DNA from: Escherichia coli O145 str. RM9872
GTDB lineage: Bacteria > Pseudomonadota > Gammaproteobacteria > Enterobacterales > Enterobacteriaceae
Assembly (NCBI RefSeq): GCF_003586065.1
Contig: NZ_CP028379.1
DNA: 32,000 bases
Strand: one strand, 5' to 3'
The position numbers and the translations under genes are program-made. Of this stretch, positions 26,069-32,000 are shown piece by piece. Under the pieces are notes generated by a model, which worked only from the letters and a program-made list of their open reading frames with translations, had not been told where the DNA came from and made no database searches. How positions within the stretch are numbered: position 1 is the stretch's first letter; the number at the start of each line of letters is the position of its first letter.

Positions 26069-26253
26069 CTGCAGGCTCTGAAGTAAGTATACGTGTGAAT
26101 ATTATTGCTTGAAAAAGCGTATTGGATAATATATACAGTATATGTACTTTATGTACATTGCAACTATATTAAATAATATAATAGTTGCCTATGGGATAAT
26201 TTGGTTATTTATAACCAAGTAAATGTCTAAATTAGACAAAAGGAGAAAGATCA
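26069..26253. promoter_or_regulatory. Divergent LEE3 / LEE2 control region
   Basis: 185-bp AT-rich spacer between divergent cesL and espZ. It contains inverted repeats at 26160-26188 and 26201-26218 and a strong espZ SD (AAAGGAGAAAG). Confidence 0.6.
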
Positions 26254-26553
26254 ATGGAAGCAGCAAATTTAAGTCCTTCTGGTGCAGTAATGCCGCTGGC
26301 GACCTCACTCAGTGGAAATAACTCAGTGGATGAGAAGACAGGAGTGATTAAACCAGAAAATGGAACAAATCGCACCGTTAGAGTTATAGCCGGATTAGCA
26401 CTTACCACTACGGCTCTGGCAGCTCTAGGTACAGGTATTGCAGCGGCATGCTCGGAGACGAGCAGCACAGAATACTTAGCCCTGGGTATTACTTCTGGTG
26501 TACTAGGTACTCTTACTGCGGTTGGCGGTGCATTAGCGATGAAATATGCCTAA
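26254..26553 (+). CDS. espZ: EspZ (SepZ) effector, two TM segments (99 aa)
   Basis: MEAANLSPSGAVMPLATSLSGNNSVDEKTGVIKPENGTNRTVRVIAGLALTTTALAALGTGIAAA... Confidence 0.93.
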   Translation: MEAANLSPSGAVMPLATSLSGNNSVDEKTGVIKPENGTNRTVRVIAGLALTTTALAALGTGIAAACSETSSTEYLALGITSGVLGTLTAVGGALAMKYA

Positions 26554-26585
26554 CCGGCCCATCGCATAAATAAAAGATAGAGGTA

Positions 26586-27014
26586 ATGGATGTATTATGC
26601 CCTTGCCTCTTTCATAAAAAGAGGCTAACAGTAAATATGAACAACATTAATCAATCGGAAAACATTAATATTCAATTAAATAAAGCGCCCCAAACAAATT
26701 TCGTTGATGAGCATACCTCGTTAGCCTCAGCCCCCTCTGCGGCAGGTGCGGCTCAGTTTCTTGATCAATTACTCCCTAAAACAGCGGGAGTGTCTTCTCC
26801 AGAACAAGTGTTGATTGAAGAAATTAAAAAGAGACATCTTGCAACAATGAACAGCGATCTCAGTTTCGATGCTCTATCTGCAGGTGGGCTCTCGCCAGAA
26901 GACGTGCTCACCTTACAAAAGAATGTGCTCAACGCAAACGTCAACGTTGATGTCGTATCTAAGTTAGCAAGCCTCCTTTCAACATCGGTTACAAAATTAG
27001 TTTCGATGCAATAA
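26586..27014 (+). CDS. escI: EscI (rOrf8) inner-rod protein (142 aa; alternative start at 26637 gives 125 aa)
   Basis: Position between espZ and escJ. C-terminal region ...LTLQKNVLNANVNVDVVSKLASLLSTSVTKLVSMQ is PrgJ/YscI-like. The start codon choice is uncertain. Confidence 0.85.
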   Translation: MDVLCPCLFHKKRLTVNMNNINQSENINIQLNKAPQTNFVDEHTSLASAPSAAGAAQFLDQLLPKTAGVSSPEQVLIEEIKKRHLATMNSDLSFDALSAGGLSPEDVLTLQKNVLNANVNVDVVSKLASLLSTSVTKLVSMQ

Positions 27015-27016
27015 AA

Positions 27017-27589
27017 ATGAAAAAACACATTAAAAACCTTTTTTTATTGGCTGCTATTTGTTTGACAGTGGCATGTAAAGAGCAATTGTATACAGGATTA
27101 ACAGAAAAAGAAGCTAATCAGATGCAAGCACTGTTGCTATCCAATGATGTCAATGTTTCCAAAGAAATGGACAAAAGTGGAAATATGACACTCAGTGTGG
27201 AAAAAGAGGATTTTGTTCGCGCAATAACGATTTTAAATAATAACGGCTTCCCGAAAAAGAAATTTGCAGATATCGAGGTTATTTTCCCACCTAGCCAGTT
27301 AGTGGCATCGCCATCACAAGAAAATGCAAAAATCAACTATCTCAAAGAACAAGACATCGAAAGGTTGCTAAGTAAAATACCTGGTGTTATCGATTGCAGC
27401 GTTTCATTAAATGTTAACAATAACGAAAGTCAACCATCCTCAGCAGCCGTTTTAGTCATCAGCTCGCCAGAGGTTAACTTAGCACCATCGGTCATTCAGA
27501 TAAAAAACCTAGTTAAGAATAGTGTTGACGATCTCAAATTAGAAAATATTAGTGTTGTTATCAAGTCATCCTCAGGACAGGACGGGTAA
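27017..27589 (+). CDS. escJ: EscJ inner-membrane ring lipoprotein (PrgK/YscJ family, 190 aa)
   Basis: Lipobox LTVAC after the signal sequence MKKHIKNLFLLAAICLTVAC. The motif LYTGLTEKEANQMQALL is typical of the YscJ family. Confidence 0.97.
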   Translation: MKKHIKNLFLLAAICLTVACKEQLYTGLTEKEANQMQALLLSNDVNVSKEMDKSGNMTLSVEKEDFVRAITILNNNGFPKKKFADIEVIFPPSQLVASPSQENAKINYLKEQDIERLLSKIPGVIDCSVSLNVNNNESQPSSAAVLVISSPEVNLAPSVIQIKNLVKNSVDDLKLENISVVIKSSSGQDG

Positions 27590-27594
27590 TATGT

Positions 27595-28050
27595 ATGAAC
27601 AATAATAATGGCATAGCAAAGAATGATTGTGACTGGCTAACGGCCCTTGATTTTGTAAAGGATGTCAACGGTTCACCAACGCATCTCACTTTTTATATCT
27701 ACCAAAAAAATGCTTTCTTGCACGATTTTGGAAACTACTGGGTTCTATATATTGAGCTTAGTGGTGATTTTCGTCAGGTTCCAACAGATACATTTATCAG
27801 ACTCTGCAATATCCTGGCCGTTAGTAACGAATATAAACAAATGGGTATTTTCCTGTCTAATAAGAAGTGGTATCTTTGCCAAATTTTTCATAAAGATAAT
27901 AATCATCGCGCAAACATGTCAAAAGCAATAATGCAACATACTCTCGCCTCTTTGCTCGATAAGCAATTTGATAAACTAGAGCAATTATCTTCATCGGATA
28001 CAATGATGCCGCCAACACACTTGTTTTCTGATATAGGACGAATTGTGTAA
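27595..28050 (+). CDS. sepD: SepD secretion-hierarchy switch protein (151 aa)
   Basis: MNNNNGIAKNDCDWLTALDFVKDVNGSPTHLTFYIYQKNAF... Its stop overlaps the escC ATG (TAATG). Confidence 0.93.
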   Translation: MNNNNGIAKNDCDWLTALDFVKDVNGSPTHLTFYIYQKNAFLHDFGNYWVLYIELSGDFRQVPTDTFIRLCNILAVSNEYKQMGIFLSNKKWYLCQIFHKDNNHRANMSKAIMQHTLASLLDKQFDKLEQLSSSDTMMPPTHLFSDIGRIV

Positions 28051-29588
28051 TGAAAAAAATAAGTTTTTTTATTTTTACAGCACTATTTTGCTGCAGTGCA
28101 CAAGCTGCCCCGTCCTCTCTGGAAAAAAGATTAGGCAAGAGCGAATATTTTATTATTACTAAAAGTTCTCCAGTACGTGCAATCCTTAATGACTTTGCTG
28201 CTAACTACAGCATTCCTGTTTTCATCAGTAGTTCCGTGAATGATGATTTCTCTGGCGAAATAAAAAATGAAAAACCTGTAAAAGTACTGGAAAAACTGTC
28301 CAAACTATATCATCTCACATGGTATTATGATGAGAACATCTTGTATATTTATAAAACAAATGAAATATCAAGAAGTATAATTACACCAACATATCTGGAT
28401 ATTGACTCACTGCTAAAATATCTGAGTGATACAATCTCAGTAAACAAAAACTCTTGCAATGTGAGAAAAATTACGACATTTAACTCGATTGAAGTTCGGG
28501 GTGTTCCTGAATGTATAAAATATATTACATCTTTATCAGAAAGTCTTGATAAAGAGGCACAGTCTAAAGCCAAAAATAAAGATGTTGTTAAGGTCTTTAA
28601 ACTGAACTATGCGTCAGCGACAGATATAACATACAAATACCGTGACCAAAATGTTGTCGTCCCAGGTGTTGTCTCCATTCTGAAGACAATGGCAAGTAAT
28701 GGTTCACTTCCCAGTACCGGTAAAGGTGCCGTCGAGCGAAGCGGTAACCTGTTTGATAACAGTGTAACGATTTCCGCTGATCCACGTCTTAATGCAGTTG
28801 TTGTAAAAGACCGCGAAATAACGATGGATATCTATCAGCAATTAATTTCTGAGCTTGATATTGAACAAAGGCAAATTGAAATTTCTGTCTCAATTATTGA
28901 TGTTGATGCAAACGATCTTCAGCAGCTCGGCGTAAACTGGTCCGGTACGTTAAATGCAGGACAAGGTACGATTGCCTTTAATAGCTCTACCGCACAGGCT
29001 AATATCAGCTCTTCTGTGATAAGTAATGCCAGTAATTTTATGATTAGGGTGAATGCGTTACAACAGAACTCGAAAGCTAAAATACTCTCTCAGCCTTCAA
29101 TTATAACCTTAAATAATATGCAGGCGATTCTTGATAAAAACGTAACGTTTTATACAAAAGTCTCCGGAGAAAAGGTGGCGTCTCTGGAAAGTATTACAAG
29201 CGGAACATTGCTGAGAGTGACACCACGTATACTTGATGACAGCTCGAATAGTCTTACCGGAAAACGTCGGGAACGAGTTCGTTTGTTACTTGATATTCAG
29301 GATGGCAATCAATCGACTAACCAAAGCAATGCTCAGGATGCCAGCAGCACCTTACCTGAAGTACAAAATTCAGAAATGACAACAGAAGCGACATTAAGTG
29401 CAGGAGAAAGTTTATTACTTGGCGGATTTATCCAAGATAAAGAAAGTTCAAGTAAAGATGGTATACCGCTGTTAAGCGACATTCCTGTTATTGGTAGTTT
29501 ATTCTCCAGTACGGTAAAACAAAAACATAGTGTTGTTCGACTCTTTTTAATTAAAGCAACCCCGATAAAATCTGCATCTAGCGAATAA
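28050..29588 (+). CDS. escC: EscC outer-membrane secretin (512 aa)
   Basis: Signal peptide MKKISFFIFTALFCCSAQA. Secretin C-domain (GIPLLSDIPVIGSLFS). Confidence 0.97.
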   Translation: MKKISFFIFTALFCCSAQAAPSSLEKRLGKSEYFIITKSSPVRAILNDFAANYSIPVFISSSVNDDFSGEIKNEKPVKVLEKLSKLYHLTWYYDENILYIYKTNEISRSIITPTYLDIDSLLKYLSDTISVNKNSCNVRKITTFNSIEVRGVPECIKYITSLSESLDKEAQSKAKNKDVVKVFKLNYASATDITYKYRDQNVVVPGVVSILKTMASNGSLPSTGKGAVERSGNLFDNSVTISADPRLNAVVVKDREITMDIYQQLISELDIEQRQIEISVSIIDVDANDLQQLGVNWSGTLNAGQGTIAFNSSTAQANISSSVISNASNFMIRVNALQQNSKAKILSQPSIITLNNMQAILDKNVTFYTKVSGEKVASLESITSGTLLRVTPRILDDSSNSLTGKRRERVRLLLDIQDGNQSTNQSNAQDASSTLPEVQNSEMTTEATLSAGESLLLGGFIQDKESSSKDGIPLLSDIPVIGSLFSSTVKQKHSVVRLFLIKATPIKSASSE

Positions 29589-29601
29589 TAAATGAGGCTT
29601 T

Positions 29602-30057
29602 ATGAGCAGGAAATTTAGCTCTCTAGAGGATATTTATGATTTCTACCAGGATGGTGGCACATTAGCGTCATTAACAAATCTGACACAACAAGATCTCAAT
29701 GACCTTCATTCTTATGCCTATACAGCATATCAATCTGGTGATGTTATAACCGCAAGAAATCTATTCCATTTGCTCACATATCTGGAACACTGGAATTATG
29801 ACTACACCTTATCTCTGGGCTTATGTCATCAGCGTTTATCAAATCATGAAGATGCACAACTGTGTTTCGCACGCTGTGCAACTTTAGTTATGCAAGATCC
29901 CAGGGCATCTTATTATTCTGGAATTAGCTACTTACTCGTCGGAAATAAGAAAATGGCCAAGAAAGCCTTTAAGGCTTGTTTAATGTGGTGTAATGAAAAA
30001 GAAAAATACACTACATATAAAGAAAATATTAAAAAATTGTTAGGTAATACAGAGTAA
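29602..30057 (+). CDS. cesD: CesD, TPR class II chaperone for EspD/EspB (151 aa)
   Basis: LcrH/SycD-like: LEDIYDFYQDGGTLASLTNLTQQDLNDLHSYAYTAYQSGDVITARNLFHLL... Confidence 0.93.
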   Translation: MSRKFSSLEDIYDFYQDGGTLASLTNLTQQDLNDLHSYAYTAYQSGDVITARNLFHLLTYLEHWNYDYTLSLGLCHQRLSNHEDAQLCFARCATLVMQDPRASYYSGISYLLVGNKKMAKKAFKACLMWCNEKEKYTTYKENIKKLLGNTE

Positions 30058-30078
30058 AAACTACCATCAGCTATACCA

Positions 30079-30103
30079 ATCCCCAGGCTGACTGGGGATT
30101 TTC
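30079..30103 (+). terminator. Rho-independent terminator after cesD (LEE2 end), ERIC-end-like hairpin
   Basis: ATCCCCAG-GCTGA-CTGGGGAT (8-bp stem, 30079-30099) followed by TTTC. Confidence 0.65.
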
Positions 30104-30440
30104 TATCGGAAATAATAAAGCTGCTATAGTGAAGTGCTCCCAAAGTTGAGCACCGACCACTGGTAGATTTATCTACAGGTGTGGGGTTATTCCATTAACC
30201 AGGAGTTTATGCCCTGAACTATCTTCTGCTGTATTTAATATCATTTCCGTTTATGAAACAATCAGTATATCTTAACTTAGCATTAGAAATCTGATCTTTC
30301 CAATCATCTATAGCCCAGAGTATATTTGTCAGGAAATGACCTTCAAACTTTAGCCGAGAAAAAGGCTTACCCTGGAAAACAAAACCCTTAAATATAGCTT
30401 TATTTTTATTCTTCTATAAAATATACTCAAAAAATTACGT

Positions 30441-30854
30441 CTAACTCTCCTTTTTCCGCCTCATGATCATTTCGTTCCAGATATTAGACTGTCCCACAAT
30501 ACCATTACCAACTCGGTAAGTTTTTCTTTTTGGTCCGGTTGTTCCAGGACTTTCTATCGGAACCGCCTCAAGGTTAACATCATAAATGAAAATCTCAAGG
30601 CGCTTATAATGCAAATTACCATAACTAACATATCTGACACGAAATGAAATTTTTTCTTTTCTTCTCGATATATAAGTTATAATAAATGATGCTCTCCTCA
30701 GGTTTATACCGAATGCTTCGGCAATATCATTGCGAGAAATCCATTTCTCCTGCAATTTACACCAAAGAGAAACCAAGATATACAGAGGTTCACCATCGTA
30801 ATTCTTTACTGAGTCAGGAATTACATAGTCGCCATTTTTATTTTTAGATTCCAT
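30441..30854 (-). CDS. grlA: GrlA, global regulator of LEE activator (CaiF-like HTH, 137 aa)
   Basis: MESKNKNGDYVIPDSVKNYDGEPLYILVSLWCKLQEKWISRNDIAEAFGINLRRASFIITYISRRKEKISF... Confidence 0.95.
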   Translation of the reverse strand: MESKNKNGDYVIPDSVKNYDGEPLYILVSLWCKLQEKWISRNDIAEAFGINLRRASFIITYISRRKEKISFRVRYVSYGNLHYKRLEIFIYDVNLEAVPIESPGTTGPKRKTYRVGNGIVGQSNIWNEMIMRRKKES

Positions 30855-30910
30855 TTTCCATATTCTTTTTATTTGATAAATAAATCGACATAAAAAACAT
30901 ACATAAAAAA

Positions 30911-31282
30911 TTATTTTAAATAAACTTGTGGCATTCCTGTGTTTTTAATAACTAATGGTTCTATAAATTTGGCATAAACATCAACAAACAATTTTTCATT
31001 TCCTCTTACATGGCAATGTAATGTGAGATTATTATCATTACTCAGTACTTTTTTAGGGATAACTAATTGATAATCTTGTTCAATGTTTAGCACCGAGGGA
31101 ATTTCGTAATTATATCGATGGACATGAAGTATGATGTCCTCATCTTCAGAGAGGACCCCCTGATACACAGAAGCAATATCGCCGCCAGTGATCATATTTC
31201 CATTTTTAATCAGTATACCTTCCCCACAGGAGTCTTCATTGCTAATAAATATAATGCTATAGATGCCATCCTTCATAATCAT
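30911..31282 (-). CDS. grlR: GrlR, global regulator of LEE repressor (123 aa)
   Basis: MIMKDGIYSIIFISNEDSCGEGILIKNGNMITGGDIASVYQGVLSEDEDIILHVHRYNYEIP... Confidence 0.95.
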   Translation of the reverse strand: MIMKDGIYSIIFISNEDSCGEGILIKNGNMITGGDIASVYQGVLSEDEDIILHVHRYNYEIPSVLNIEQDYQLVIPKKVLSNDNNLTLHCHVRGNEKLFVDVYAKFIEPLVIKNTGMPQVYLK

Positions 31283-31477
31283 AACTCACTCAGTTTCATA
31301 CTAACCTCACTCCTTTCAATTTGTTCTATCCATAAGCAATATCAAGAATAATGGAGACCTTTCTTTTTCTCCAGATTGCAATGTAATATATCATTAAATA
31401 TACTCATGTTTCAACCTGCTGTTTCCCTGGTTAACATATGTAATTTCTGATTAATAATATTGAGTAACAACGTAAAA
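31283..31477. promoter_or_regulatory. Divergent grlRA / etgA promoter region
   Basis: 195-bp AT-rich spacer between divergent grlR and etgA. No specific elements assigned. Confidence 0.4.
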
Positions 31478-31936
31478 ATGAAAAAAATAATACTGAGTAT
31501 CATTCTCATTTCAAATTACTGTTATGCTTCCGATTGTTTTGAAATTACAGGAAAAGCATATAACATAGATCCATTAATATTAAAAGCAATTGCATGGAAT
31601 GAATCAAAATGCAAAAGCGGAATAAAAAGCAAAACAAACAAAAACAGAACGTATGATATAGGTATAATGCAAATTAATTCATCTCATTTAGATTTATTAA
31701 GCAAATTTAATATATCTGAAGATGATTTATTGAATGATGCCTGTATAAACATATCTGTTGCTGGTTATATCTTAGCCTCTAACATAAAATCCAGAGGGAA
31801 TACATGGGATGCAGTTGGTGCGTATAATGCAGGTTACTTTAATACACCAAATGCAGTAGAACTCAGAAGGCAATACGCAATGAAAATATATAAAACATAT
31901 AATAAATTAAAGAATAATGAGCAAATTATCGATTAA
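31478..31936 (+). CDS. etgA: EtgA (rOrf3) T3SS-associated lytic transglycosylase (152 aa from the ATG)
   Basis: The ORF-track start at 31460 is a TTG. The ATG at 31478 gives the signal sequence MKKIILSIILISNYCYA. SLT motifs AIAWNESKCKSG, IGIMQINS and GAYNAG. Confidence 0.9.
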   Translation: MKKIILSIILISNYCYASDCFEITGKAYNIDPLILKAIAWNESKCKSGIKSKTNKNRTYDIGIMQINSSHLDLLSKFNISEDDLLNDACINISVAGYILASNIKSRGNTWDAVGAYNAGYFNTPNAVELRRQYAMKIYKTYNKLKNNEQIID

Positions 31937-32000
31937 TAATCAAGGTCTATCGCAATACGAATCAATTGTGCCACAGGTTCAAAAAAGTCTTCTGTTATAT
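31933..32000 (-). CDS. escU: EscU (FlhB/YscU family) C-terminal end, partial (runs off the window)
   Basis: Minus-strand translation is ..ITEDFFEPVAQLIRIAIDLDY*, with the stop complementary to 31933-31935. This is the expected last gene of LEE1, convergent with etgA (4-nt overlap of stop regions). Only 21 codons are visible. Confidence 0.6.
   Translation of the reverse strand, partial: ITEDFFEPVAQLIRIAIDLDY

Larger units (their letters stand above)
5721..32000. other. Locus of enterocyte effacement (LEE) T3SS pathogenicity island, espF end through the escU 3' end
   Basis: AT-rich block. Canonical LEE gene order and recognisable protein sequences for every gene listed below. Confidence 0.97.

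Noticed and set aside
26232-26468. 78-aa minus-strand ORF antisense to espZ
   Set aside because: It is the mirror frame of an Ala/Thr/Gly-rich membrane protein gene. It would start inside espZ and end in the LEE2 promoter, and there is no supporting signal.

Overview
This window joins two well-known horizontally acquired elements of attaching/effacing E. coli. I found no previously undescribed system. (1) Positions ~1-4800 are GC-rich and colinear with the early/replication region of satellite phage P4: an AlpA/Vis-like regulator, small ORFs, orf151-like and orf106-like genes, an intact 777-aa alpha primase-helicase, and a crr-like pair of iteron repeats. This matches the cryptic P4-family prophage (933L type) that flanks the LEE in O157:H7-lineage strains. 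(2) Positions ~4800-5700 are an AT-rich seam holding a decayed IS3-family transposase fragment. (3) Positions ~5720-32000 are the locus of enterocyte effacement (LEE) type III secretion island. It runs from the espF end through LEE4 (sepL espA espD espB cesD2 escF escG espF), escD, LEE5 (tir cesT eae), map, cesF, espH, LEE3 (cesL escV escN escO escP sepQ), LEE2 (espZ escI escJ sepD escC cesD), grlRA and etgA to the 3' end of escU. Every LEE gene in the window is intact and in canonical order. Tir and intimin look gamma-type (O157/O55/O145-like). No tRNA, rRNA or CRISPR was seen. The points worth a second look are variations on known biology: an EspF with four perfectly identical 141-bp repeats plus one divergent repeat; an apparently complete P4-type replicon and a candidate RNA-immunity leader next to the LEE; an ERIC-end-like hairpin acting as the cesD terminator; a 64-codon start-less open frame downstream of grlA; and several inverted repeats in control regions. 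All homology calls come from reading the translations and from memory of these families. No searches were run.
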